DNA of 64,000 nucleotides from a candidate division LCP-89 bacterium (GCA_025774555.1 JALGVT010000003.1:72654-136653), one strand, 5' to 3'; shown: positions 18,340 through 28,944, counted from the stretch's first letter. The notes: generated by a model not told the origin, from the letters alone. Program-made: numbers and translations.

Positions 18340-19965
18340 GTGAATGTAAGCAAAGTATTAACCGATCTTCTGCATCAGGCGCTGGATGATCTGAAATACC
18401 CTGATACTGAGATCACTCTGGAAAGCCCGCCCGATCCCAAAATGGGAGACCGGTCTTGTACGATTGCTTTAGCGTTGGCAAAGCAGTTGAAACGTGCTCC
18501 GCGTCAGATTGCTGAGGAGATAAGGGACGCTATAAAAACCGATGGGTCTATCATTGAGAGAATTGAGATCGCTGGAGCGGGGTATCTGAATTTCTTCTGT
18601 TCTGAGGAAGTCTGGCTGCAGTTGTTGCAGAGCATATTATCCACCGGACCTGATTACGGTTCTTCCGATACAGGTAAAAATGAGAAACGGCTCTTTGAAT
18701 TTGTTTCAGCAAATCCCACCGGTCCGATGAATATCGTCAGCGCGAGAGCAGCAGCGTTGGGCGATTCAATGGTGAGACTTCAGAAAAAGGTCGGTTTTAG
18801 CGCCGACAGCGAATTCTATGTCAATGATTCCGGAAAGCAGATCCGTCTGCTGGGAGAATCAGTGCAGGCTCGAGCCAGGGAGTTGCAGGGAGAGACCGCT
18901 GAAATCCCGGATGGAGGGTATCACGGAGCTTATATAAAAGATCTGGCGAAGCGTGCCCTTGATGAATCGGCTGCGAATTGCCTTGAAGTCTCTGCTGAAT
19001 TGACCGGGAGATGGGCTGCAGATAAGTTAAGGGAAGGGCAGGAAGCGACTCTTGAGGAATACGGCGTCAAGTTTGATCGCTGGTTCCGTGAAAGTGAACT
19101 CTATACCGATAACAGTCATCAGAAGACGTTGGAGCGTCTTAAAGCGAATGGACATATCTACGAAAAGGACGGCGCGTTATTCTTCCGGACGACCGAATTC
19201 GGCGATGACGAAGATCGTGTGGTGATCACCTCGGATGGCAGACCGACCTATTTTCTTCCGGATATTGCCTATCACCTGAATAAAGCTGAGCGCGGTTATG
19301 TCAGGGTTTTCGATCTATTAGGACCAGATCATCACGGGCACGGCAAGAGGATGCAGGCGGCTATGAAGGCGGCTGGAATGCCGGATGATTTCCTTGAGAT
19401 AATCATAGTACAGCAGGTTAACCTGCTGCGAGGCGGCGAACCGGTTAAAATGTCTAAGAGAACCGGTGAGATGGTTACTATGAAAGAGCTGCTCGATGAG
19501 GTGGGAGCCGATGCTGCGAGGCAGATATTCCTGTCCAGAAAGTGGTCATCGCATCTCGATTTCGACATTGAATCCGCCAAAGACAGGTCTGAGAAAAGCC
19601 CCGTATTCTACGTGCAATACGCTCATGCCAGAATCTGTTCGATCTTCCGTAAAGCCGGGGATAGGGGAGATGCGAGTTTAAACGACCTGGAAAAACTCAA
19701 AGCCGCGGAAGAGAGAAATCTGATGCGTTCATTATCTCTCTTCCCTGATGTGGTCGAGAGTGCGGCTCTGTATCTGGCGCCGCATCGCCTGAATACCTAT
19801 CTAGGTGATTTAGCGACGGCATTTCATCATTTCTATCATGAATGCCGGGTGATTTCAGAGGATGAAGGATTAACCCGCGCCAGGCTGGCGTTATGCCGCG
19901 CGGTGCAGATAGCGCTTATAGAGGGTTTACGATTAATGGGGATGACTGCCCCTGAAAGGATGTAG
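18340..19965 (+). CDS. argS: Arginine--tRNA ligase (GTG start)
   Basis: FVSANPTGPMNIVSARAAALGD (class I HIGH region variant) and VKMSKRTG (KMSK motif). Confidence 0.9.
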   Translation: MNVSKVLTDLLHQALDDLKYPDTEITLESPPDPKMGDRSCTIALALAKQLKRAPRQIAEEIRDAIKTDGSIIERIEIAGAGYLNFFCSEEVWLQLLQSILSTGPDYGSSDTGKNEKRLFEFVSANPTGPMNIVSARAAALGDSMVRLQKKVGFSADSEFYVNDSGKQIRLLGESVQARARELQGETAEIPDGGYHGAYIKDLAKRALDESAANCLEVSAELTGRWAADKLREGQEATLEEYGVKFDRWFRESELYTDNSHQKTLERLKANGHIYEKDGALFFRTTEFGDDEDRVVITSDGRPTYFLPDIAYHLNKAERGYVRVFDLLGPDHHGHGKRMQAAMKAAGMPDDFLEIIIVQQVNLLRGGEPVKMSKRTGEMVTMKELLDEVGADAARQIFLSRKWSSHLDFDIESAKDRSEKSPVFYVQYAHARICSIFRKAGDRGDASLNDLEKLKAAEERNLMRSLSLFPDVVESAALYLAPHRLNTYLGDLATAFHHFYHECRVISEDEGLTRARLALCRAVQIALIEGLRLMGMTAPERM

Positions 19966-19973
19966 GAGGAAAA

Positions 19974-20873
19974 ATGAGTGTACTGGTAGTTGGATCAGCA
20001 GCGTTGGATTCAGTTAAAACGCCAACGGGTGAAGTAACGGACGCTTTGGGCGGATCGGCGTTTTACTTTGCCGCCGCGGCGAGTTACTTCAGTCCGGTGA
20101 AAATCGTTGCGGTGGTCGGTGAAGATTTCCCAATGGGAAAAATAGATTTTTTAAAAGAGAGAAATGTCGATCTAAAAGGTTTGGAAGTCGCTCAGGGGAA
20201 AACTTTCAGGTGGTCAGGCATCTATCACCAGGACATGAATCAGCGCGATACGCTCTCTACGGAATTGAACGTCTTCGAGAGCTTCTCGCCCAAACTTCCG
20301 GACGAATATCGACAAACACCATATATCTTTTTGGCGAATATCCACCCTGCGCTGCAGTTGGACGTTCTCAATCAGGTGGATAATCCTCGTTTTGTCATGC
20401 TGGACACCATGAATCTCTGGATCGATACCGACCTCGAGGGGTTGAAGAAAGTGATGGCAAAGCTCGATGCCATTATACTGAACGACCAGGAAACACGGCA
20501 GATCACCGGAGAGAACAACTTGATAAAAGCGGCTAAAGAGGTAACAAAACTGGGACCCACAACCGTCATTGTCAAAAAGGGTGAGCACGGCGCATTCATA
20601 GTCTCTCAGGACGATTTTTTCGCACTACCGGCATTTCCCATCGAAAACCTTTTCGATCCGACAGGAGCAGGGGATTCATTTGCGGGCGGTATGATCGGGT
20701 GTCTGGCTAAGCAAGATAATCTGTCCGCTGATAATTTCCGTAGGGCGTTGGTATATGGCACGGTAACGGCTTCATTTACGGTGGAAAAATTCTCTATTGA
20801 CAGATTACGCGAAATCACCATGGATGACATTGAATCACGCTACCAGAAAATGCAGGATATGACGAAGTTCTAA
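19974..20873 (+). CDS. PfkB/ribokinase-family sugar or sugar-phosphate kinase
   Basis: N-terminal GG motif (DALGGSAFYFAAAA) and C-terminal DPTGAGDSFAGGMIG anion-hole motif. Confidence 0.85.
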   Translation: MSVLVVGSAALDSVKTPTGEVTDALGGSAFYFAAAASYFSPVKIVAVVGEDFPMGKIDFLKERNVDLKGLEVAQGKTFRWSGIYHQDMNQRDTLSTELNVFESFSPKLPDEYRQTPYIFLANIHPALQLDVLNQVDNPRFVMLDTMNLWIDTDLEGLKKVMAKLDAIILNDQETRQITGENNLIKAAKEVTKLGPTTVIVKKGEHGAFIVSQDDFFALPAFPIENLFDPTGAGDSFAGGMIGCLAKQDNLSADNFRRALVYGTVTASFTVEKFSIDRLREITMDDIESRYQKMQDMTKF

Positions 20874-21011
20874 TTGCACAGTAATCAACTGGTGTAAAAG
20901 CCGTTTTTTTACCTTTTACCTTGACTTCAAAGATAAAATGAGTTAAATTTCCAGATTAGACATCTATCGGAGTGCGGCAGAATCACGATTATAAAAACGG
21001 CAAGATGGCAG

Positions 21012-22043
21012 ATGCGCGTAGAAACTTTAGAATGGCTCGCTGACGAAGAAAAGGTTTGCTTGGTTGCACAGACGAAGCTCCCCGGAAAACTCGAATATAT
21101 CGTAACGGATAACTACCTCGTGATGTGCGATGCGATCCGCCGTCTGGAAGTGCGCGGCGCTCCGGCAATTGGATGCGCTGGCGCGTACGGCGTTGTAATC
21201 GGCGCGCTGTCGATAGATGATACCGATTTCAAGCAGTTCAGCGCTGAACTGCGGCGCATCATGGATGAGCTTCGCGCTACGCGCCCCACAGCAGTCAATC
21301 TCTTCTGGGCAATCGACCGGATGGAGAAAGTATTCAACGAACAGTCCGATATCAAAGCCGCTCAGCAGGCACTGATCAAGGAAGCAGTTGAAATACACCG
21401 AGAAGATGCCGAAATGTGCCGCAGGATCGGAAAGAATGGAGCTGCATTGCTATCAGATGGGATGACCGTCCTGACGCACTGTAATGCTGGTTCTCTCGCA
21501 ACTGGCGGTATGGGAACGGCATTAGCGCCGATCTATACTGCGCAGGATCAAGGTAAGAATATAAAGGTCTTCGCCGATGAAACCCGCCCGTTGTTACAGG
21601 GCGCTCGCTTGACTTCATGGGAACTCCAGCAAAACGGCGTTGAAGTAACATTGATATGTGACAACATGGCTGCAGTGGTTATGCGTAAAGGCTGGATTGA
21701 CGCAGTGATAGTCGGATCAGACCGAATCGCCTGCAACGGAGACGTTGCCAATAAGATCGGCACGTTTACCGTTGCGCTGCTGGCAAAACAGTTCGGCGTG
21801 CCTTTCTACGTTGCCGCTCCTACTTCGACTGTGGATACTTCACTGGCATCCGGAGACTTGATTCCCATAGAGGAACGAGCGGATGAAGAGGTTGCCGGCT
21901 TTAACGGCATCCGCACGGCTCCAGATGGTATAAGCACTTACAATCCAGCGTTTGATGTGACTCCGAATGAATTAGTCGCCGCGATTATCACCGAACAGGG
22001 AGTGCATAAACCGCCATTCGATTTCTCGTATTTAACGCAGTAA
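21012..22043 (+). CDS. eIF-2B alpha/beta/delta-family isomerase (MtnA-like S-methyl-5-thioribose-1-P isomerase or ribose-1,5-bisphosphate isomerase)
   Basis: GAPAIGCAGAYGV, TRPLLQGARLTSWEL and VIVGSDRIACNGDVANKIGT motifs of the MtnA/e2b2 family. Confidence 0.8.
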   Translation: MRVETLEWLADEEKVCLVAQTKLPGKLEYIVTDNYLVMCDAIRRLEVRGAPAIGCAGAYGVVIGALSIDDTDFKQFSAELRRIMDELRATRPTAVNLFWAIDRMEKVFNEQSDIKAAQQALIKEAVEIHREDAEMCRRIGKNGAALLSDGMTVLTHCNAGSLATGGMGTALAPIYTAQDQGKNIKVFADETRPLLQGARLTSWELQQNGVEVTLICDNMAAVVMRKGWIDAVIVGSDRIACNGDVANKIGTFTVALLAKQFGVPFYVAAPTSTVDTSLASGDLIPIEERADEEVAGFNGIRTAPDGISTYNPAFDVTPNELVAAIITEQGVHKPPFDFSYLTQ

Positions 22044-22094
22044 AAACCTGAACAACAATAAACTAATTACAAATAGTATAACTTTGAGGCTTTA

Positions 22095-23147
22095 ATGAAA
22101 AAGTTGATCCCCATAATAATCGCATGCATTCTCATAGCGATGGGGTTGTCAAGCTGCAGAAATCCCGACGTCGTTTCAGCCGGGATCTATTTCTACCAAC
22201 AGAATAACGCCGATAAAGCGGAAGAATTGCTGGTGAATTCACTAAAAACCAATCCCAACGACTTTGAAGCACATTACATGCTCGGGCAGGTGTATGCCCA
22301 TAAGAAGAAGTACCCTGAAATGATCTCGGAATTCGACGCGTCGCTGGCAATCAAGTCAAAATACCAGGCTAAGATAGACAGCACGAAAGAGAAGCACTTT
22401 TTTAACCTGTATAACGGCGCCGTCGAAAACTTCAACAAAGGCGTGCTCGATAAGACAATAGACCAATTGAACACAGCGCTATTGATTGAACCTGGAGATC
22501 AGCAGGGCTGGGCGCTGCTCGGCAAAAGCTACATACGCAACCAGAATCACGATGAAGCGCTGCTTGCGCTGGAGAAAGCCGTCGAGCTGGATCCCGAATT
22601 GGAAGCGATTAACGATCATGTATTGCTGATGCAGATTCACTATGAAAATGAGGATTACGACAAAGCGCTTGATATTTCAGCGAACGTATTAGAACGTGAT
22701 CCGAAGAACATCGATGCTGTAAAAATTGCAGCCTTCTGTTACAACGCGATTGGGGAAACAGACAAGGCGCTGGAATACTATCAGAATCTATTGATAGAGG
22801 AGCCTGATGATCCTGATCTGGTATTCAACATGGGCATCCTCTACGAACAGATGGAAAAATATGACGAAGCCATCGAGCTGTTTATCAGGGCTTTCGAGCT
22901 GAACCCGCAGGATTTTGAAGCGATCCTGCATTGCGCACAGGTTTTCCTCGATATCAAGGGAGACAACCTGAAGGCTGTCGAGTGTTACGAAAAAGCGCTC
23001 GAGATTGAGCCGGATAACGCCGGTGTCTTGAACAATTACGGTATTGCCCTTATTCGTGCCGGTGAACAGAATGAGGATCAATCCCTGATCACGCGTGGCA
23101 CTGAAGCGATAAAGCGAGCCACTGAACTTCGTGAAACTGGACAATAA
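22095..23147 (+). CDS. TPR-repeat lipoprotein
   Basis: Lipobox LSSC; multiple TPR-like repeats (AHYMLGQVYAHKKKYPEMI and others). Confidence 0.7.
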   Translation: MKKLIPIIIACILIAMGLSSCRNPDVVSAGIYFYQQNNADKAEELLVNSLKTNPNDFEAHYMLGQVYAHKKKYPEMISEFDASLAIKSKYQAKIDSTKEKHFFNLYNGAVENFNKGVLDKTIDQLNTALLIEPGDQQGWALLGKSYIRNQNHDEALLALEKAVELDPELEAINDHVLLMQIHYENEDYDKALDISANVLERDPKNIDAVKIAAFCYNAIGETDKALEYYQNLLIEEPDDPDLVFNMGILYEQMEKYDEAIELFIRAFELNPQDFEAILHCAQVFLDIKGDNLKAVECYEKALEIEPDNAGVLNNYGIALIRAGEQNEDQSLITRGTEAIKRATELRETGQ

Positions 23148-23153
23148 AAAGAG

Positions 23154-23897
23154 ATGTCCAAAGCTGCCACATCAATACCCGCGGAACTCGATAAAGAGAA
23201 AGTGCCCCGTCACATAGCTATTATAATGGATGGCAATGGACGCTGGGCAAAGCAGAGGTCTCTGCCCCGCATAGCTGGTCATAATGAGGGGATCAAATCG
23301 GTTCGGGAGATTGTTGAAACATGCGGTAATATCGGCGTCGGTGCGCTGACGCTATACACTTTCTCTTCTGAAAATTGGAAACGTCCGCGCAAGGAAGTTT
23401 CCGCATTGATGCATCTTCTACTGGCTACCATCAATCGGGAAGTGAACGACCTTGACCGGAATAACGTAAGGTTGAAAGTCATAGGCAGGATGGACGATCT
23501 GCCTGAAAAGCCCCGGCAGGGGATGTTCGCAGCGATTGATAAGTTGAAGGACAACACAGGACTTACCTTGATTCTGGCGTTATCATACGGCGGAAGACAG
23601 GAGATTGTGGATGCTGTTAAGCGAATAGTTGATGAAGGAGTAAAGGATATATCGGTTGATTCGTTCTCAGGTTATCTTTACACAGAGGATCTGCCAGATC
23701 CAGAATTACTGATCAGAACATCCGGTGAGCTGAGGCTCTCCAACTTTCTCCTGTGGCAGTTAGCCTATACGGAGATTTATGTCACCGATACTCTCTGGCC
23801 CGATTTTCGTGCTCCACAACTCTTCGATGCCATCCTGGATTTCCAGCGGCGCGAGAGGCGTTTTGGGAGAGTTAGTGAACAATTGGAACCTGAATAG
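23154..23897 (+). CDS. uppS: Ditrans,polycis-undecaprenyl-diphosphate synthase
   Basis: HIAIIMDGNGRWAKQRSLPRIAGH and TLYTFSSENWKRP signatures. Confidence 0.9.
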   Translation: MSKAATSIPAELDKEKVPRHIAIIMDGNGRWAKQRSLPRIAGHNEGIKSVREIVETCGNIGVGALTLYTFSSENWKRPRKEVSALMHLLLATINREVNDLDRNNVRLKVIGRMDDLPEKPRQGMFAAIDKLKDNTGLTLILALSYGGRQEIVDAVKRIVDEGVKDISVDSFSGYLYTEDLPDPELLIRTSGELRLSNFLLWQLAYTEIYVTDTLWPDFRAPQLFDAILDFQRRERRFGRVSEQLEPE

Positions 23898-23915
23898 CCG
23901 CAGAGGCGCTCAGTG

Positions 23916-23950
23916 AAGACCAACCCGCAGGTTGGTCTTTGCTCTTTTAT
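23916..23950 (+). terminator. Rho-independent terminator after uppS
   Basis: AAGACCAACC / GGTTGGTCTT stem with CGCA loop, followed by TGCTCTTTTAT. A TGTATAAT extended -10 element sits at about 23983-23990 ahead of the next gene. Confidence 0.6.
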
Positions 23951-24011
23951 GGAACATTTGCAGCTAAAACTGGTGTAATTCTTGTATAATCAATAATAAT
24001 TTAATGAGATA

Positions 24012-24713
24012 ATGGAAGCCTCACTCATTGAAGACCTGAGCAAATGCGGTTGTCAGATTGTTGAGCAGTTATTGCCGAGGATCGTCCTTATTCCAGAAGA
24101 TACAGAAGCAATCGCAAAACTGGTTAGAACTGCTGTGGAGAAAAGATTTCATATCTGTCCCACAGGAACGGGTTCGAGCTTCCCGGCGAATTATTCACCG
24201 CCAGATGAAATAGTTTTTCTGATGATGAACCAGATGAATCAGGTTCTGGATTTAAAGCCTCTGGATGCTATTATTGCAGTCGAAAGCGGTATGTTGACGT
24301 CTGAATTGGCTTTAAAAATGGATGGCACCGATCTTGAAATACCGCCCTGTCTCGCAGAATATCCCGGGACTATCGGTGGAGCGTTACTCGGTCCGGATGC
24401 GAGTGGATACAGGCATGCCGAGATACGCAGACGCATCCTCGGAGTTCAGCTAATAGACTCCAGAGGCGATATATTAAGCTTCGGTGGAGCTTCGATAAAA
24501 AACGTAGCCGGGTACGATTACTGGTCTTTCATCGTTGGAACGAGAGGGCGATTCGGTATCTTAACTCATCTGATACTCAATATTGACAGGATGCCGGCGC
24601 TAAATGGACCCTCCGAACTGAAACAACCATGCAGCTCCGATGAAAATCCCACACAATGGATCTATGCCAACCTGTGTAAGGGACTCGATCCGGATGGAAT
24701 CTTTGTTCGATGA
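24012..24713 (+). CDS. Short FAD-binding (PCMH-type, GlcD/GlcE-like) domain protein
   Basis: FAD_binding_4-like stretch (ICPTGTGSSF...EYPGTIGGALLGPDASGYRHAEIRRRILGVQLI) and a C-terminal ...GLDPDGIFV end like FAD-linked oxidases, but only 233 aa. Its stop overlaps the next start (ATGA). Confidence 0.55.
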   Translation: MEASLIEDLSKCGCQIVEQLLPRIVLIPEDTEAIAKLVRTAVEKRFHICPTGTGSSFPANYSPPDEIVFLMMNQMNQVLDLKPLDAIIAVESGMLTSELALKMDGTDLEIPPCLAEYPGTIGGALLGPDASGYRHAEIRRRILGVQLIDSRGDILSFGGASIKNVAGYDYWSFIVGTRGRFGILTHLILNIDRMPALNGPSELKQPCSSDENPTQWIYANLCKGLDPDGIFVR

Positions 24714-27700
24714 ATATTCGCACATTCCTACTCTATTTTTCCCTCGCCTGCCTGATTATCGTTCTCTTAGGAGCGCTTGTCTGGCCCTTTCTTCATGTTG
24801 ATACCTACCTGCAAGAACTCCTTTTAGATCAGGTTCAGAGCGCCTTTCATGGTAATGTGGATGTGAAACGCGTTACCCTGGGCTTTTTCGCTCTCAATCT
24901 GCACAGCCTGGAAATTGAAGACGAGCAGATAACATACAGGCTGGATGCAGATCTGATTCGTGTTGAGATAAGTCCGGTGGAATTTATCAGTTCTAGATTC
25001 GATCCCCTGAGTTCCATATCATCCATTACAATCACCAATCCCAAGGTATTTATCCGGCTTCCCGATCAGAAAAAACCTCAGACTGGCGCAGAAAAAGCCG
25101 ATTCTTCATATTGGTCAATCATTCGTGGAATGCCGCCATATATCTGGGTTGATCATATTGAAATAGAATCCGGTGAAGTGCACCTGTTAACGAATACAGG
25201 TAAACCGCTTTGGTCAATTTATCATATAGATGGCGGCTTGCAATCAGAAGCTCAAGGAATGGTTAAGGGATATCTTCAAATTGGTAACTCAGATGAGCTG
25301 ATCGAAAGGCGTGATATCCGTTTCCTTCTGAATCAAGATGAGGAAATCTTCACTGCTGATCTTGCTATGCGATTTTCGGAAATCGCCTTAGGCGCGGAGG
25401 CTGGTTTACCAGATTCATTTGAATTTCTAACGAACAATCTTGCGATTGATATGCATCTCTGGGCTGAAGGAGAAAACACTGGGCTCGAGGGCGCTGTTAC
25501 TTCAGATCATTTAGGATTAATGGAAAACGGGAGGAGCCTATTCGCTGCCGATTCCTTGTCTTGCTTGATTGATAATTGGGAAGTTGCAATAAAATCTATT
25601 AAGATCGATGGTATGGATGCTGTTTTTATTATAAGCGGCGGAATCCCTGACCTGCGAGAACCTAATTGGGACATCGAGATCGATGGTAAATCAGACAATT
25701 GCTCGGAATTAGCCAGGTGGCTGATAGATCGAAATGGGATCGAACCAGCCGGCAATTTTTCTATTCATGCAAGTTTAACGAATGAAATCGCCAATCCTGA
25801 ACTGATAATAGTTAGTGAGTTGGAAAAGATCACCATGCCGTTTGACGATCTAAACGACATTAAACTGAAAGGCTCACTATACAGGGGTGTTATTCGATTG
25901 AATGAGATGAAAGCATTTTGTTCAACCGGGGAAATATCAGCGCATGGCGAAGTGGAACTGTCTAGGGATGATGCTGATTACCAGGGCATATTAAGTCTGT
26001 ATGGATCGATTCCCAGCTTTGGCGGATCAACTAGCGGAGGTATAGAATTAGAATTTACAGGTGCTGATCATATCCACCGGATGAACGGTCATTGGTGGGC
26101 TGATGGGACACCTGATCAACCACTGTTTATTGATGCAACTTATTGGGCAGAAGGCGATCGTTTAACAGCAGGTTTGAATATTCCTGGTAGTCAGTCAGGT
26201 GCAGACTTAACAATTAACGGGTTATCCGGTAAGCCTGAGTATAACCTTCATTTCAACGAACTCATTGATATTTTTAAGAGGGTGTATCCTTCGCAGGAGT
26301 GGGAGAAATTCACCGATGTTTATTTGACCGGAGATATTAATGGAACCATAGATGAGCTTTCCACAAAGTTTAAAGCTTATTACGCCGAGTCTGGATCTTA
26401 CTTTGATTTTGATGGCATACTATTGATTCCATCGAAGGATGAGATACAGTACTACGGTGCTCTTAGATTCCAGCAGGGAGAAAACGCTGCGCTAAACGGC
26501 GTGGTTGAAATCGTGTACAGTGATAACGTTTTGTCACTCAAAAACATCGAGTTGGATGATGCCATATTCGGCAGCGGGTCGGTAGATTTTGGAACAGGGG
26601 AATTTGGCTTAACCGAGCTGCAGGTTTTTAAGTGGGACATCTCAAGAGGAGTCCAACTATTCGCGCCCGAATTGGCAACGCGCCTGGGCGGAATCATCGA
26701 CGGGCGGGTTGAGATATATGGTCCCTTAGACAATCCATACGCTTCAATAAACTTCTATGCCTCAAGAGGGCATTTCAATGATCAGACTGATTTTTGGGCG
26801 GTCTTTTCTGCTGATTATGTAGAAAAATCCCTGAATATCAAAGAGTTTAACATAGGGCGCGGTGTATTGAGCTTATTAACCGTTTCAGGTGCAGGCGCGG
26901 CAGACGGATCCGATATCAATTTTAATATTGCATCTAACGGCGTTGACGTTTCGCAGGTTGTCAGGTTAGCGGGATTTGAAACAAATCTGTTCGGAGGATT
27001 GCTTACTCTGGATGCATCGGTTAAGGGATCGGCAGCCAATCCTGAAATCAGTGTCTCCGCTCGGATTAATTCCGGTTATTTCTATAAAGCGCCTTTTGAA
27101 AAACTGGAAGCAGAGGTTTTTATCGATTCATCGACCAGCGGCGTCCCGGTGATCGAAAGATTGTTGCTGACTCAATCGGATGACTTGGTTATAAGAGGTG
27201 AAGGTTCAATCCCGATCAATTCTACCCCGGCGAAGTTTTCCATTACGCTTGAAGGGAACGTCCTGAAGATACCGAATTTGATCGAAAGAACAATTCTCAA
27301 ATCCAGCGGAGAAGGCAGAATATTTCTGGAGATGACCAGCGGAGCGGATGGTCTTCGGCTGGAAAATGCTGAGTTTGTTATTCATAATGGTTACATGAAG
27401 TTACCCGACGTCGTAAAAGAGATTGAAGGCATTGAAGCCGATATTCACCTCGAAGGTAACCGGGTAGTCATCAATGACCTTTCAGGTACGGTGGACAGAC
27501 AGAAGTTCAGGTTCAATAACTTTTTTATTGAAGATAGTGACAGCGCCAGTTTCGATCATCTCTATTTCCGGAGCGTCGATCTGGACGTGGGAATTCTGAC
27601 CATAGAAACCGAAGGACGCGGACTTTATGCGCACATTCCGGCATTGATGATACCGGGTTCAATGGGGTATTTCCGTTTTAACGGAAAGGAGGATGCGGAG

Positions 27701-28801
27701 AATTTTCTATTTGCCGGTCCCGTCGATAATATAACCATACAAGGTAAGCTTAATATTTCCAGAACCATACTTACCTTCCCCTTTCCCGAAGGACAGAGAA
27801 GCCCCTCTCCGTTTGCCCGCGGTGTTCTCAAGGTGCTTAAGGCTGCAGATTGGGATATCGACGTCATTCCTGAAAGAGACAATCGGTATGTGAGACAAAT
27901 AAGCAGTGACGTCAGAACTTTATTTTTGGAAGGAATGTCAGATTTATTTACTACCATCGACATAAATCTCAATATCAATGCAGCGTTGAGTCATCTTAAA
28001 CTGCTGGGAAATATCGACAGGGGAAATTTCAGATCCCAGGGAACTCTCGTTTCAACACGCGGCACAATCGAATATCTCGATCTTAAATTCAATGTGGATC
28101 AATTTACCGCGGATTTCGATGAACATGACCCTCTGCCCTGGGTAGAAGGCAGGGGACAGACGGTTTATATCGACTCCCTAGGTCAGACCAGAAATATCTA
28201 CCTGAAGCTTTATGTCGTCGATCCAGTCACTGGTGAACGCACGCTTCGTGGTCGCTGGGGGGATTTCATATTCATTTTAGAGGATGACGCCGGATCGTCG
28301 CAGGAGCAAATTTTAGCTTCTATGGGTTACTCGCCAGAGCAGATTACCGATAAGATGACGGCGCTCTCCAGTCAGATGATTTCCGATGCCGTACTGCGCC
28401 GCTGGATTCGTCCTATCGAGCGTGAACTTGAATCGGTTTTAAATGTCGATTTTATACGCCTCCAACCCGCAATTGCGAAGCATTTCTTTGAAACACAAGT
28501 GTTTGGCATCACAACCGGACCGGAAGGAGAACTCGATTGGGGCGCCTACTTCTTAAACCAGTCTCAGCTCTCAGTGGGGAAATATATCACAGATGATATA
28601 TTCGTAACCTACACAGGGCTGTGGGAAAGCGCGCTTGATGCACAGAACGAAAGGCACTCCGGAGTTATCCACCGTTGGAGGGTCGAATATAGAATTCTGC
28701 CTATATCAAAGCGGTTGACTTTAGATTTTGGATATGAATATGACAGTCTTGAACAGCTTCGCGACCGTGAAATTAAGTTGCGCTATTCGATTCTATTCTA
28801 A
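24710..28801 (+). CDS. TamB/AsmA-like translocation and assembly module protein (1363 aa)
   Basis: N-terminal membrane anchor, very long beta-rich body, C-terminal ...LDFGYEYDSLEQLRDREIKLRYSILF resembling the DUF490 end of TamB. Located immediately upstream of bamA. Confidence 0.55.
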   Translation: MNIRTFLLYFSLACLIIVLLGALVWPFLHVDTYLQELLLDQVQSAFHGNVDVKRVTLGFFALNLHSLEIEDEQITYRLDADLIRVEISPVEFISSRFDPLSSISSITITNPKVFIRLPDQKKPQTGAEKADSSYWSIIRGMPPYIWVDHIEIESGEVHLLTNTGKPLWSIYHIDGGLQSEAQGMVKGYLQIGNSDELIERRDIRFLLNQDEEIFTADLAMRFSEIALGAEAGLPDSFEFLTNNLAIDMHLWAEGENTGLEGAVTSDHLGLMENGRSLFAADSLSCLIDNWEVAIKSIKIDGMDAVFIISGGIPDLREPNWDIEIDGKSDNCSELARWLIDRNGIEPAGNFSIHASLTNEIANPELIIVSELEKITMPFDDLNDIKLKGSLYRGVIRLNEMKAFCSTGEISAHGEVELSRDDADYQGILSLYGSIPSFGGSTSGGIELEFTGADHIHRMNGHWWADGTPDQPLFIDATYWAEGDRLTAGLNIPGSQSGADLTINGLSGKPEYNLHFNELIDIFKRVYPSQEWEKFTDVYLTGDINGTIDELSTKFKAYYAESGSYFDFDGILLIPSKDEIQYYGALRFQQGENAALNGVVEIVYSDNVLSLKNIELDDAIFGSGSVDFGTGEFGLTELQVFKWDISRGVQLFAPELATRLGGIIDGRVEIYGPLDNPYASINFYASRGHFNDQTDFWAVFSADYVEKSLNIKEFNIGRGVLSLLTVSGAGAADGSDINFNIASNGVDVSQVVRLAGFETNLFGGLLTLDASVKGSAANPEISVSARINSGYFYKAPFEKLEAEVFIDSSTSGVPVIERLLLTQSDDLVIRGEGSIPINSTPAKFSITLEGNVLKIPNLIERTILKSSGEGRIFLEMTSGADGLRLENAEFVIHNGYMKLPDVVKEIEGIEADIHLEGNRVVINDLSGTVDRQKFRFNNFFIEDSDSASFDHLYFRSVDLDVGILTIETEGRGLYAHIPALMIPGSMGYFRFNGKEDAENFLFAGPVDNITIQGKLNISRTILTFPFPEGQRSPSPFARGVLKVLKAADWDIDVIPERDNRYVRQISSDVRTLFLEGMSDLFTTIDINLNINAALSHLKLLGNIDRGNFRSQGTLVSTRGTIEYLDLKFNVDQFTADFDEHDPLPWVEGRGQTVYIDSLGQTRNIYLKLYVVDPVTGERTLRGRWGDFIFILEDDAGSSQEQILASMGYSPEQITDKMTALSSQMISDAVLRRWIRPIERELESVLNVDFIRLQPAIAKHFFETQVFGITTGPEGELDWGAYFLNQSQLSVGKYITDDIFVTYTGLWESALDAQNERHSGVIHRWRVEYRILPISKRLTLDFGYEYDSLEQLRDREIKLRYSILF

Positions 28802-28944
28802 AGAGTATGCATAGCAATAATGTGCTAATCCAAGGATATTGTTACACATAAAATTCGTTACAATAAGGTGAACTGCAAAACGATTATCACATTTTCTGCT
28901 TTAATCTATGCGAAGAATTAATTAACTTACAAGGTTCACCTATC

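Noticed and set aside
20874-21011. SAM or other riboswitch upstream of the MtnA-like gene
   Set aside because: None of the conserved SAM-I/SAM-II core sequences are present. The region looks like an ordinary promoter (TTGACT...TTAAAT) plus 5' UTR.
28866-28941. 8-bp inverted repeat (AGGTGAAC ... GTTCACCT) flanking 60 nt upstream of bamA, possibly sequestering the ribosome-binding site or forming an ECF-sigma promoter
   Set aside because: An exact 8-bp inverted repeat in an intergenic region of this size is expected by chance in a 64-kb window. No convincing GGAACTT/TCTAA-like sigma-E motif was found.
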